Positions 1-9,621 are shown, counted from the stretch's first letter. The stretch is 32,000 nucleotides of DNA from Pyrodictium abyssi (GCF_036323395.1 NZ_AP028907.1:1560001-1592000); one strand, 5' to 3'. Translations and numbers: made by a program. Notes: generated by a model not told the origin, from the letters alone.

Positions 1-1398
1 GAGCGCAGTATGTATAATGACTGGGTAGTGCTCCTTATTGTTCTCGTCGACATACTTTATTCCAAACCGCTTAGCATTGCCTATATCGAACTGGAACGTG
101 GCTATCTCTCGTGGTCGTCCGGCTACATCGACTATGTGGTACTCAACGTTGACTACCCAGTAGTAGATCCCTGCAGGGTAGACAACCACTACTGCAGGTC
201 TACCGTCACGCCTTATCAGCTCTAGAAGGAGATCGCGCCGATTCTCCCAGAAGTCCTCTGTAACGTTGTATACTGCATAGTACCTCTGGTTCAGCTTCTC
301 GGCCTCCCTGTGGATTACCTCCTGGAGCTTTTCACTCACTTTCACGGCTTCCTCTACGTCGCGTGTGAGTATGTGCAGGTCTGGCATGTAGAACTTACGG
401 AGGCGGAAACAGAGAGTTACTTCGCCGCTCTGTTCTAGCCTATAGCTGTCAGCTATCTCGAACATGCCAAGCGGTAAATCCTTGTAGCTTAGTACGTAGT
501 CTCTCAGCATTGCAAACTGCTGATGACACGCAGCATAGCGTAGCACAAGGTGCTTTTTATCCGTCCATAGCTCGTATAGCCTATCGCCAAATAGCTCAGC
601 GTGCTCGTAGACCGGCTTAGCTGCAAGGTCGAACATGTTTGTTCCACGGATGCGTAGCACCGGTATACCCAGGCTTCTTGCTAGCTTCCATGCATACTCC
701 GATACCGCGTCAACCATTAGCGCAGCGTGTGGCTCATACCTCATGTGACCATAGTCGGACAGCGGCTCCCACTCGAAACCAAACTTAGCGCAAAGGGCAT
801 TAACCGGGTTTTCAACCTCACCTATCTCCTTGCCTAGCGCTTCCTTCTCAATTAGTATCCGGAACTCTTTGTCAGCCTTCGGTAGATACTCCTCCGGCTT
901 GTAGACTTCGCCCTCAGGAGTTAGGATGAAGTATTTCTTCTCCACCTGGAGTTTCGCCGAAGCTTTAGGAGTATAAGCTCTAGATAGCTCGGAGAGTGGA
1001 TGACCATAACAATGTATCCTGAATTCCTTGTACCATCCAAAGGGCGCTCTTATCACGTGGTACTTGTCTCCAGCCCGCTTCTTAATCTCCTCTTCAAGTA
1101 GCTTTAGTGCCTCTATGCCAGCCTTGGGGGGTGCTAGTCTCCGGGATAAGTGCGCATAGGGGTACACAACTATTGTCGACGCCTTAACCTTCTCCGCTAC
1201 TTCGATTATATCGTTTGCAGCCTTCTCCACTACTTCGCGTATGTTCTGGGTGTCAACGTCTTCTACCGTGGTGAAGACTACTAGCGCGTTTTCAGCAGAA
1301 GCTTCCGACGGTATACTATCCGGGGGCTCTGCGTCGGCTATAGCCTTGCTCTTAGCCTTGAAGGAGAACTCTCTAGCATGTATCAATAGTATACGCAT
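1..1398 (-). CDS. thrS: Threonyl-tRNA synthetase, archaeal type with N-terminal DTD-like editing domain (3' part runs off the window edge)
   Basis: Reverse-strand translation from ATG at 1398 gives MRILLIHAREFSFK...; then FGFEWEPLSDYGHMRYEPHAALMVDAV, GTNMFDLAAKPVYEHAELFGDRLYEL, LRYAACHQQFAMLRDYVLSYKDLPFGMFEIADSYRLEQSGE..LCFRLRKFYMPDLHIL, typical of the class II ThrRS core. Not in the ORF track because no stop lies inside the window. Confidence 0.93.
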   Translation of the reverse strand, partial: MRILLIHAREFSFKAKSKAIADAEPPDSIPSEASAENALVVFTTVEDVDTQNIREVVEKAANDIIEVAEKVKASTIVVYPYAHLSRRLAPPKAGIEALKLLEEEIKKRAGDKYHVIRAPFGWYKEFRIHCYGHPLSELSRAYTPKASAKLQVEKKYFILTPEGEVYKPEEYLPKADKEFRILIEKEALGKEIGEVENPVNALCAKFGFEWEPLSDYGHMRYEPHAALMVDAVSEYAWKLARSLGIPVLRIRGTNMFDLAAKPVYEHAELFGDRLYELWTDKKHLVLRYAACHQQFAMLRDYVLSYKDLPLGMFEIADSYRLEQSGEVTLCFRLRKFYMPDLHILTRDVEEAVKVSEKLQEVIHREAEKLNQRYYAVYNVTEDFWENRRDLLLELIRRDGRPAVVVVYPAGIYYWVVNVEYHIVDVAGRPREIATFQFDIGNAKRFGIKYVDENNKEHYPVIIHTAL

Positions 1399-1531
1399 AG
1401 TGGTGCACCATCGCTGCTAAATGATACTCTAGGTATGTCCAGGCTTAGGCTAGGCTCATGGCTGGATAAAAAGGTAATATAGACGCCTGCCCCCCATCAG
1501 CAATGGAATAGTTTCGGCCAGGTAAAGAGCC

Positions 1532-1540
1532 CTATATAAG
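1532..1540 (+). promoter_or_regulatory. Archaeal TATA box for radA
   Basis: CTATATAAG about 40 nt upstream of the radA ATG (1578), in the divergent thrS/radA intergenic region; implies a start site near 1560. Confidence 0.55.
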
Positions 1541-1577
1541 GGTGTTACTGGTAGCCCCCTCCCCGGGATAGAAGGGT

Positions 1578-2549
1578 ATGGCTAAAGGAGAAGTAAAGTC
1601 GATAACAGACCTCCCCGGCGTAGGCCCGGCGACAGCCAACAAGCTAATAGAGGCCGGATACGCGACTCTCGAGGCGATAGCAGTAGCTACGCCGCAGGAG
1701 CTAAGCGCAGCAGCAGGGATACCAATAACCACAGCGCAGCGCATAATAAAGGCGGCACGTGAAGCCCTAGACATACGCTTCAAGACCGCGCTTGAAGTAA
1801 AGAAGGAGCGTCTACAGACACACAAGATAACAACCGGCAGCCGTAACCTAGACGACCTCCTCGGCGGAGGTATTGAGACAAAAACGATAACAGAGTTCTT
1901 CGGAGAGTTTGGCAGCGGTAAGACACAGATATGTCACCAGGTAGCAGTAAACGTCCAGCTACCCATAGAGAAGGGCGGGCTGAGCACACCCGATAAAATG
2001 GCTAAGGCTGTATACATAGATACTGAGGGGACCTTCCGCTGGGAACGTATAGAGGCAATGTCCAAGAGGTGGGGGCTCGACCCAGACGAGGTAATGAGCA
2101 ATATACTTTACATAAGAGCCATAAATAGCGATCATCAGATGGCTATAGTGGACGAGCTATTCAACATAGTGCCAAAGGAGAACATAAAGCTAGTCATAGT
2201 GGATTCTGTCACCGGGCACTTCCGAGCAGAATACCCCGGGAGAGAGAACCTCGCAGCACGCCAGCAAAAGCTGAATAGGCATCTACACCAGCTCTCAAGA
2301 CTAGCCGAGATATACGACGTAGCAGTTATCATAACGAACCAGGTAATGGCAAAGCCAGACGTATTCTACGGCGACCCAACACAAGCGGTCGGCGGCCACG
2401 TCCTATACCATGCTCCAGGTGTACGTGTACAGCTGAGGAAGAGTCGTGGCAACAAGAGAATAGCAAGGATAGTTGACGCGCCACACCTGCCAGAAGGCGA
2501 AGCAGTATTCATGATAACAGACTATGGCATCGCGGACCCAGAAGACTAA
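1578..2549 (+). CDS. radA: DNA repair and recombination protein RadA (archaeal RecA/Rad51)
   Basis: 323 aa; helix-hairpin-helix N-terminus [24 protein letters not shown]; Walker [10 protein letters not shown]; [13 protein letters not shown]; LVIVDSV; L2-region [25 protein letters not shown]. Confidence 0.98.
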   Translation: MAKGEVKSITDLPGVGPATANKLIEAGYATLEAIAVATPQELSAAAGIPITTAQRIIKAAREALDIRFKTALEVKKERLQTHKITTGSRNLDDLLGGGIETKTITEFFGEFGSGKTQICHQVAVNVQLPIEKGGLSTPDKMAKAVYIDTEGTFRWERIEAMSKRWGLDPDEVMSNILYIRAINSDHQMAIVDELFNIVPKENIKLVIVDSVTGHFRAEYPGRENLAARQQKLNRHLHQLSRLAEIYDVAVIITNQVMAKPDVFYGDPTQAVGGHVLYHAPGVRVQLRKSRGNKRIARIVDAPHLPEGEAVFMITDYGIADPED

Positions 2550-2644
2550 CCACACAACCATAGAGCCATAGGAACCTTTTAGCCATATATCGCCGCAAAC
2601 ACTACACCAGGTCTAGACAGCCATACATCTAGCTCTCATACAGT

Positions 2645-3070
2645 CTACGCCACCTTGTAGCACCGGCGGCAAGACTCAATCATGCTAGAGGTAAGCACGA
2701 AACGTGACCTACTCCACTCAAGCTCAATTCTACACTCATCAATAACTATTACAGGAGCCCTAACCCTTAGCTTCAACCCGCTCATGTCGTCGCTAACCAT
2801 TCTGGCATCAGTTGTAACGCGTATCACAGAGCCTACACAGACGTAGTATTGCCTACGTAGGCCAGCTTCATCAAGAAACACGAGTACATGGTAGGACTTA
2901 CCACCGATATCTACGCGTGACATTTTGTTCTTGATTACGCGATCAAATAGGTTAATGCTGCGCGTCTTGTACGGTAGTTGAAGAACGTCGCCGCGGCTGA
3001 TAACCTCTACATTCATATCCTTCGCGAATGGCTCCAAAAGCTTAACTATATCCAGTCTCACTATGCCCAC
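2645..3070 (-). CDS. Hypothetical protein (141 aa)
   Basis: Uninterrupted ORF filling the gap between neighbours, plausible composition, no recognised motif. Confidence 0.6.
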   Translation of the reverse strand: MGIVRLDIVKLLEPFAKDMNVEVISRGDVLQLPYKTRSINLFDRVIKNKMSRVDIGGKSYHVLVFLDEAGLRRQYYVCVGSVIRVTTDARMVSDDMSGLKLRVRAPVIVIDECRIELEWSRSRFVLTSSMIESCRRCYKVA

Positions 3071-3106
3071 CAGGCGTTATCACAGGTGTAGAGGGCTTTT
3101 CAAGCC

Positions 3107-3853
3107 TTGTATACAGAGATAGCAGCCATACTAGCGCTATTGGCATTCTCCCTCTATGATATAAAGACTAGAGAACTACCGGAGAAGCACGTCTACGCGG
3201 CTCTCGCCATAATGCTAATCCTCCGAGTAGCTGAGTACCGGCTATACGGATTGGACGTTCTCTTCCCTTTATGGGTATACATTGTCCTGGACGGCGTAAT
3301 CCTGGCAGCTACGGCAACTGTGGCAATACTGGGCTTCTTCGGCTGGGGCGACGTAGCGGTATTACTACTCATTACTATGGCTTCGCCTGTAGCCGAAGGT
3401 AACTGTATAATAATGCCACCGGCGCTAATGGTCCTCGTATACTATGTGCTGGCAAACGTAGCCATAATGGTGGCTAACCTGGTCGTAAACGTTACGCGCA
3501 ACATGCACGAACTCAGAAGGTTACCACTCAGGTACAGGCTAATATACGCGCTCATAGCACGTCCAGTTAATGTGCAGAGACTGCTAGATAAACCGGGCTG
3601 GTGGTACCCACTAAGCCTCTGCGGAAACTACACGGTAAAGTTCAACATATACCTAGACCCGGACGATATAGTGGAAGAGGTAAGAAAGGCTATACGAAAA
3701 GGATGCACATCACAAAGCGATACGGTATGGGTGACATACGGCATACCAGGAGTACCGCTATTCACCGCATCTTACATGCTGACGCTGCTAGTGGGCGACA
3801 AACCTCTGCTTAGCATGCTAGGAATCAGGTTAGACAGCATACTAGCCGGCTAG
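3107..3853 (+). CDS. Prepilin/preflagellin peptidase-like protein (A24 aspartic protease family)
   Basis: 248 aa polytopic protein; first catalytic Asp context LLAFSLYDIKTRELP and second GWGD (GxGD) FFGWGDVAVLLLIT. Start predicted at TTG 3107. Confidence 0.8.
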   Translation: MYTEIAAILALLAFSLYDIKTRELPEKHVYAALAIMLILRVAEYRLYGLDVLFPLWVYIVLDGVILAATATVAILGFFGWGDVAVLLLITMASPVAEGNCIIMPPALMVLVYYVLANVAIMVANLVVNVTRNMHELRRLPLRYRLIYALIARPVNVQRLLDKPGWWYPLSLCGNYTVKFNIYLDPDDIVEEVRKAIRKGCTSQSDTVWVTYGIPGVPLFTASYMLTLLVGDKPLLSMLGIRLDSILAG

Positions 3854-3889
3854 AAAAAGATACAAGCATCGCGAAGCAGGGCAAAATCG

Positions 3890-4432
3890 ATGGGTGGACA
3901 CAGCACTATGGACAGTCACATTAACGTGCTCTACGCGCCATGGCGCTACAAGTACATAAAGTCAACCGTGGAGAGAGAGCCGTCAGAATGCATATTCTGC
4001 GCGGCGCCAAAAAAGAGCGACGATGAAGTCCTCATCCTGTACCGGGGCCGATATAACTACATAATAATGAACCTTTACCCCTATAACACAGGACACGTAA
4101 TGGTAATACCCTACCGGCATGTAGCCGACATAACAGAGCTAACTACAGAAGAGCTGACAGAAATGATGGATCTCGTGAAGCTGTCTGTAAAATTGATAAG
4201 ACAAGTTCTAAAGCCACACGGATTCAACATAGGCATGAATATAGGACGTATAGCAGGAGCAGGCGTAGACAAGCACATACACATACACGTCGTGCCACGC
4301 TGGAACGGCGATACCAACTTCATGCCAGTGATAGCCGGAGTAAAAGTGATATCACAAGACGTTAGAGAAACATACAAAGCCTTAAAAGAAGCACTAAAAA
4401 GCCAGAGCGGTTCCCAAGGAGCCATCGGCTAG
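3890..4432 (+). CDS. HIT-family nucleotide hydrolase/transferase
   Basis: CIFCAAP near N-terminus, NLYPYNTGHVMVIPYRHV, and histidine triad HIHIHVVPRW. Confidence 0.92.
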   Translation: MGGHSTMDSHINVLYAPWRYKYIKSTVEREPSECIFCAAPKKSDDEVLILYRGRYNYIIMNLYPYNTGHVMVIPYRHVADITELTTEELTEMMDLVKLSVKLIRQVLKPHGFNIGMNIGRIAGAGVDKHIHIHVVPRWNGDTNFMPVIAGVKVISQDVRETYKALKEALKSQSGSQGAIG

Positions 4433-4812
4433 CTTATGTACATCCTCAGCCTGTCTATAAAAGCTCTAATATCCGACAAGTGTGTCGCAACATCGTCTCT
4501 TATGCTACTAAGCCCGCGCAGCGTATGGAACTGTTCAACGCGCAGCCTATATGCCCTTACATACCTCGCGAGAAGCCTAGCCTTCTCAGCATAAGTATAT
4601 GCGTCACTTATGCCAATATGCCCAATGTTATCTAGATGCGATGCCAGATTGGATAGCGTATCCTCTATAGTTCCATTGAGCAGGTTGCTCTCAAAATAGA
4701 GCAACTGCCTAGCTATCTCGTCTAGGAGTGCTAGAGCGGAGTCGATCTCCCTACTAAGCTCCCTAACATCAATGCTTCTCTGCAATTCTAAAAACCATCT
4801 TCTTCCTCTCAT
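4429..4812 (-). CDS. Hypothetical helical protein (127 aa)
   Basis: ORF convergent with the HIT gene sharing a CTAG stop overlap; Leu/Glu/Arg-rich helical sequence. Confidence 0.6.
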   Translation of the reverse strand: MRGRRWFLELQRSIDVRELSREIDSALALLDEIARQLLYFESNLLNGTIEDTLSNLASHLDNIGHIGISDAYTYAEKARLLARYVRAYRLRVEQFHTLRGLSSIRDDVATHLSDIRAFIDRLRMYIS

Positions 4813-4996
4813 AGTCTGGCTCCCGTATAACTATACCACTTCTAATTAGTCCCGCTAATGCTTCTCGTACAGCCTTTTTCTGAGCATTAATACCCAAGTT
4901 TAACAGAGCCTTATGGATCTCCTCGAACGTTAACGCAGCTTTGCTCTGCGATAGCAGATCCACAAGGGCCTTCTCAATATCGTTCATGAGCGTCAC
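4769..4996 (-). CDS. Small winged-helix/HTH-like protein (75 aa)
   Basis: LSQSKAALTFEEIHKALLNLGINAQKKAVREALAGLIRSGIVIREPDYERKKMVFRI resembles a winged helix-turn-helix. Confidence 0.6.
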   Translation of the reverse strand: MTLMNDIEKALVDLLSQSKAALTFEEIHKALLNLGINAQKKAVREALAGLIRSGIVIREPDYERKKMVFRIAEKH

Positions 4997-5110
4997 CCAT
5001 AACCGTACTTTTACCCTGATACATGTGGGAGTCTTGTCCAGTAAATGGGCTCTGCTAGGCCTAGATTATTAGACCTCCCTTGTACCCTACAGAGCCCGGG
5101 TCCAGAAGCT

Positions 5111-5299
5111 ATGGAGCAGATTGAACTAGAGCTAGTAGAGGAGTACGAGCTTCTAGGCGAAAAGCGCTACAGGTTCCGAATAAAGGGTACATCTATATAT
5201 CTGAACGTAGGTGGGAAAGACGTGGAAGATGCTAGACAAAAAGCGCTCAGCATGGTAAAGGATATGCAGCTAGACACAATACTATCCAAGCTAATGTGA
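5111..5299 (+). CDS. Small conserved-looking protein (about 62 aa)
   Basis: Internal ATG at 5111 of the 5045 ORF gives MEQIELELVEEYELLGEKRYRFRIKGTSIYLNVGGKDVEDARQKALSMVKDMQLDTILSKLM; charged, coding-like. The residues upstream of 5111 look non-coding. Confidence 0.65.
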   Translation: MEQIELELVEEYELLGEKRYRFRIKGTSIYLNVGGKDVEDARQKALSMVKDMQLDTILSKLM

Positions 5300-5307
5300 C
5301 TAGGCAC

Positions 5308-5544
5308 CTATATCCTCTTAACTGTCTGTTTGGCCTTCCTCAGTTCTTCAAACTCCTTTATAGCCTCCCTTGCAGCCTTCTTGAACTGTCCCTCGTCTAT
5401 ACGCTCGATGAAAAGTTTGAAGAACTTTGAGAGACACGCTTTGCTATGAAATGCTAGCTCGATGCCCGCTCTCCTTAGGACTATTCCCTGGCCCTGTGGG
5501 AATACGCGCCCGCATACTACGCATGTATAGCGCTTCACCTTCAT
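5308..5544 (-). CDS. Small zinc-finger (TRASH/L24e-like) protein
   Basis: CVVCGRVFP...IELAFHSKACLSKFFKLF: CxxC plus HxxxC arrangement. Confidence 0.7.
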   Translation of the reverse strand: MKVKRYTCVVCGRVFPQGQGIVLRRAGIELAFHSKACLSKFFKLFIERIDEGQFKKAAREAIKEFEELRKAKQTVKRI

Positions 5545-5730
5545 AGTGCTACTACCGTCATGGCTGTTTCTGCCACAATTATATTAAACCCTATTGCGCT
5601 TCCCGGCTGTCTGCTAGGGTTCACCCCCTGGGCACAAGTGGTGAATAAGTGTACATACCGGGTCAGAAATGCCGCTGTGAGTGATGTCCACAAAGAGTGT
5701 AGATGACGAGGTAAAAAGAGGTTGGTAGGC

Positions 5731-8592
5731 ATGTCAGTTAAAACGGCAGAGGTCAGCAGTTCCCTAGAGCTACTTCACGAGAAGGTACGCGAGCTAGTAC
5801 GTCAAAGGGGCTGGGAAAAGCTCACAGAGATACAGGAAAAGGCCATAAAACCCATAATGGAAGGGCACAACGTGGTAATAGTAGCGCCTACAGGGTACGG
5901 CAAGACGGAGGCAGCGCTTCTGCCTGTCCTTTCAATGATGCTGAAAGAGGATATTGAGCCGGTAACAGTGCTATACATCACCCCGCTGAGGGCGCTCATA
6001 AACGACATATACGAGCGGATTAACTGGTGGGCTTCGCAGCTCGGCTTTATCGTCGCCAGAAAGCATGGGGACGTGCCGCACTCCGAGAGAGCCAGGCGAC
6101 TAAGAAAGGCTCCACACATACTAGTGACAACTCCAGAGAGCCTCGAAATAGACCTTGACTGGGCGTCTAAGTTCCGCAACTTCTACCGTAACCTGCGCTG
6201 GGTAATCGTGGACGAAGTACACGAAATAATATCGACGAAGAGAGGGGTACAGCTAGCGGTCCTCCTAGAGCGTTTCCGCAAACTTGCCGGAGACTTCCAG
6301 CTAATAATGATATCCGCTACTATTGGCGAGCCCAGCCTAACCGGTAAAACGTTTGTAGGTAGCTCCAAGCGCCCTCTCTCGATAATTACTGTCGAGAAGA
6401 GGAAGGAACTAGAAATAGTAGTCGACTACGTCGATGCTCCAAGTACCGAGTTCTGGAAGCGCGCTGCGCAGAAGCTACTAAACCATATGGAGCCGCTGAC
6501 ACTCGTCTTCGTTAACTCGAAGCATGTAGCTGAGAGGCTTCATAGCGAGATAGAGAAAATGGGTATAGACGGTGTAGTAGTACACCATGCCTCTGTCTTT
6601 GGTGAAGAGCGGCGCCGTATAGAGAAGATGGCCAAAGAAGGAAAGCTCAAGATGATAATAGCGACTAAGACGCTGGAGCTGGGTATAGACATAGGCTCGG
6701 TCAAGCGCGTCATACTGTTTAGGCCGGCAGGGAAAGTTGCATCCCTAGTCCAGAGGCTGGGTCGAAGCGGCCACAGTATAGGCGGCAAGATAAACGGTAT
6801 AATCATAGCTACAGACGAGCTAGAGCTGTTAGAGGCCATAGCGGAAGCACGTCTAGCAATAAAGGGCCGTGTAGAGGTTCCGGAGCTTCCCGTAAAGCCT
6901 TTGGATATGGCTGCCAGGGCTATCATAGGAATGGCTCTCTCGGGAATGTACACTGTAGACGACGCCTACGAGATACTACGCAACGTATACTACTTCCGTG
7001 GGCTTTCGCGCGAAGAATTCGACCAGCTCGTCAAATACCTAGTGGAGAACAAGATGATAAAGATAAACGAAGACGGCAAGATATCCAGTGGCGCGCAGTT
7101 CTACAGAATATGGAGGTTCGATGCAGGGGACAGCAGGTTTAGCTGGTGGGTACACAACTTCTCAGAATTCTTCACGACTATGGGCGAGAAGAAGACATAC
7201 GTAGTGAAGACAGCCGATGGGAAGACTATAGGCGAACTAGACTCTGACTACGTAATACGGATGCTCCGTATAGGCCACGTAATCAGGCTGGCGGGCAGAA
7301 ACTGGCAAGTGATAAACATAGACGAGCATGTTAACAAGGTAGTGGTCACTGAGTCGCAGGGAGAGACAACGGCAGTTCCATTCTGGAAGGGTCAGGGCCC
7401 AATAGCGTCAAGACTTGTTCTGTCAGAGCTCGAGCAGATAATACACGAAGTGCACCGTGGCTCGTTAGACTTGCCCGAGGGGTTGATACTCTCTGGGGAT
7501 GCTCGCAAGGCGCTAAGCAGGCTCATAGAGGAGATAAAGAAGTACAGATATCCAGCACCGAGCAGGGACAGTATAATAGTGGAGAGGATGCCAGACGAGC
7601 TAGTATTCGTCACGCTTGCGCCAGAGAAAGTCCTCAGGACGCTAGCGTACTTGGTGATGCTCGAAGCGTACCGTAATAGCTCAGACGTCTATACAAGGAT
7701 ATCTCACTACGGCTTTAGCCTCCCAGTAAACGCGCTAGACTTCGACCCTATAGAGTTCCTTACGAGCATGGACAGAGAGGAGTTCATGAAAAGGGTATGG
7801 GAGGCTGCTAGCAGGTCACCATTCTTCGTCGAAGTTGCTCACAATATACAGCTCGTATTCGGCATAACTAGGAAACTACGTAAGAGCGACACACTAGTCT
7901 ACGAGGAAGTTATCAGGCAGACGCTGCAGGAGTACTTCGATCCCGAGTCAGCCTGGGCGCTACTAGAGGGGCTTCGTAAGGGACGTGTAAAGCTAAAGAT
8001 AAACCATGGCCGTACGAGCATCTATGCAAGGATAGTGGCTAAAGAGATACCAGAAAGGCCCTGGATAAGCGACGTAGACGAGCTAATAGCCGAGACGCTC
8101 AAGGGTATGGCGTTTACTGCTGAAGAGCTGGTAGAGGCTCTAGGGCTACCACTAAACCTCATAGAGGCAAAGCTACGCGATATGCGTAAGCCCTCGTCAC
8201 AGTATAGGGTGTTCAGCTTCATAGACGTGGATACCGGCGAGCAGCGATGGGCCCTAGTAGAAGACGCGGCAGAAATAGTACGCTCTGAGGAGTTCTCTTC
8301 ATCGTTTGAGCCGCCGGTGAAGGACAGTCTCTACATGCTGCTAGTGAAGAACGAGACAGGAAGCCTAATACACGCCATAGTGAGGCTGGGCGACGTAATA
8401 GAGAAGCCAGACCAGGTGATAAAGCAGATACCGTTTAACGAGATCTACGAGTTAAAGGTGGTACCGCTAACTGGCTACTATGAAGGCCAGCCACCCAAGT
8501 ACCAGTACGTGCCGCGAGACATAGCGCCGTATCTAGTACTTAACGCAGCAACCCTAATACAGAAGATACAAATGAACAACCCAATATTCTAG
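5731..8592 (+). CDS. Lhr-type superfamily 2 DEAD/DEAH-box helicase
   Basis: about 953 aa; Walker A APTGYGKTEAALLPVL; TTPESLEIDLDW; VDEVHEI; MISATIGEPSLTG; TKTLELGIDIGSVKRVILFRPAGKVASLVQRLGRSGH; long Lhr-like C-terminal region. Start taken at ATG 5731. Confidence 0.95.
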   Translation: MSVKTAEVSSSLELLHEKVRELVRQRGWEKLTEIQEKAIKPIMEGHNVVIVAPTGYGKTEAALLPVLSMMLKEDIEPVTVLYITPLRALINDIYERINWWASQLGFIVARKHGDVPHSERARRLRKAPHILVTTPESLEIDLDWASKFRNFYRNLRWVIVDEVHEIISTKRGVQLAVLLERFRKLAGDFQLIMISATIGEPSLTGKTFVGSSKRPLSIITVEKRKELEIVVDYVDAPSTEFWKRAAQKLLNHMEPLTLVFVNSKHVAERLHSEIEKMGIDGVVVHHASVFGEERRRIEKMAKEGKLKMIIATKTLELGIDIGSVKRVILFRPAGKVASLVQRLGRSGHSIGGKINGIIIATDELELLEAIAEARLAIKGRVEVPELPVKPLDMAARAIIGMALSGMYTVDDAYEILRNVYYFRGLSREEFDQLVKYLVENKMIKINEDGKISSGAQFYRIWRFDAGDSRFSWWVHNFSEFFTTMGEKKTYVVKTADGKTIGELDSDYVIRMLRIGHVIRLAGRNWQVINIDEHVNKVVVTESQGETTAVPFWKGQGPIASRLVLSELEQIIHEVHRGSLDLPEGLILSGDARKALSRLIEEIKKYRYPAPSRDSIIVERMPDELVFVTLAPEKVLRTLAYLVMLEAYRNSSDVYTRISHYGFSLPVNALDFDPIEFLTSMDREEFMKRVWEAASRSPFFVEVAHNIQLVFGITRKLRKSDTLVYEEVIRQTLQEYFDPESAWALLEGLRKGRVKLKINHGRTSIYARIVAKEIPERPWISDVDELIAETLKGMAFTAEELVEALGLPLNLIEAKLRDMRKPSSQYRVFSFIDVDTGEQRWALVEDAAEIVRSEEFSSSFEPPVKDSLYMLLVKNETGSLIHAIVRLGDVIEKPDQVIKQIPFNEIYELKVVPLTGYYEGQPPKYQYVPRDIAPYLVLNAATLIQKIQMNNPIF

Positions 8593-8650
8593 ACGATGTG
8601 GACCTTTTTACTAAACAAGGCAAATACAATGTGCTCGTGCTGAATTAGTA

Positions 8651-8830
8651 TTGCCTTACATCATCTATTACTATGGAGGGGTGTGTAGGCGGCACGCTGA
8701 CAGCGGCCCTGTATGCTGCGATGAAGAGCGCCACGAGTTGCTGAGGAACAACGGCTCCGTGATGAGGGTCCGTGTTGCGGAGCAGCACCATATAAAGGAG
8801 ATAGCCCTAGACACAGCAGGACATGGATGA
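8651..8830 (+). CDS. Possible small protein of 59 aa (TTG start), Cys/His-containing
   Basis: Open frame not in the supplied track: MPYIIYYYGGVCRRHADSGPVCCDEERHELLRNNGSVMRVRVAEQHHIKEIALDTAGHG. It overlaps a hairpin-rich region, so status is ambiguous. Confidence 0.3.
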   Translation: MPYIIYYYGGVCRRHADSGPVCCDEERHELLRNNGSVMRVRVAEQHHIKEIALDTAGHG

Positions 8831-8919
8831 TGAAGAGCGTTCGGCCTACCGCTCTCCACGCCCTGGAAGGGGATGAAGATGTTATCCCCGACTGAAGAAC
8901 CCAGCTATGAACCAGGAGA

Positions 8920-9459
8920 GTGGCAGAGCAGCGGTATGAGGGCCATAGGGTCATGCCACGCTACTACATGTTTATGACGCTGATAATGCATGTAAAACTA
9001 GAGGCTTCAATAGCCAGTCTACTAGCCAACATAATGGAGAACAAACAGGTCACACTAATAGACCACGATGAGGTAGCTAGAAGGGTGGTGGTACGAGCAC
9101 CTGTAAAAGAAGCAGCGTATATACAGCTTCTCGTAAACCACTACGCTGACACAGCAAGCTTTGAGGTAAAAGCATCTGCAAAGGGTAAGGTAGAGCCAAA
9201 GACTCTACGAGAGGGTGTCGATGCATACGCCAGGCTAGGTGACAGGATACTCTTCTTCAAGAAATGCAGGGAAGGCGCTGTCTTCGGGGAGGTACGTAAG
9301 AGGAACATACTGCTCAAGTATTGTAAAAACGCAGCCCTAGTTGACCCGGCTGCGCTGCCGCCTATACTCTGTAGCTTTGATGCAAAAACGGGCGGCATAG
9401 TGGAAGTGGTCGAGAAGGCTAGGAAGTGTTTTGACGAAATAATGCGGCTGGTTTCATGA
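8920..9459 (+). CDS. Hypothetical protein (179 aa or shorter; ATG at 8956 is an alternative start)
   Basis: Long ORF with coding-like composition upstream of alba on the same strand; no recognised family. Confidence 0.65.
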   Translation: MAEQRYEGHRVMPRYYMFMTLIMHVKLEASIASLLANIMENKQVTLIDHDEVARRVVVRAPVKEAAYIQLLVNHYADTASFEVKASAKGKVEPKTLREGVDAYARLGDRILFFKKCREGAVFGEVRKRNILLKYCKNAALVDPAALPPILCSFDAKTGGIVEVVEKARKCFDEIMRLVS

Positions 9460-9564
9460 TAGCCACTGTTTAAGGACTTTTCAGAGTATCATGCAGTGTT
9501 TTAATGTAGATGGCTGTGTCTAGACTATCTGCCTAACGGCTGTATTGGAGAACGAGGCGAGTAG

Positions 9565-9571
9565 TTTAAAG
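9565..9571 (+). promoter_or_regulatory. TATA box upstream of alba
   Basis: CGAGTAGTTTAAAG: purine-rich BRE-like sequence plus TTTAAAG, about 27 nt before GTG 9595 and 54 nt before ATG 9622. Confidence 0.45.
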
Positions 9572-9621
9572 TGTCTTAATGAGTAGCCCTTGCAGTGGCG
9601 TGGAAGGGGGTGGAAACGGTC

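Noticed and set aside
1532-2332. Minus-strand ORFs inside radA (1532-1825, 1780-1989, 2135-2332)
   Set aside because: Antisense shadows of radA with low-complexity Ser/Ala-rich translations and no family features.
5802-8222. Minus-strand ORFs overlapping the Lhr-type helicase
   Set aside because: Fully antisense to a strongly supported coding sequence; composition typical of shadow frames.
8661-8954. Minus-strand ORF of 97 aa (and nested 62 aa)
   Set aside because: Translation (MTLWPSYRCSATLLVHSWVLQSG...) lacks coding character; the plus strand has better small-ORF and structure signals.
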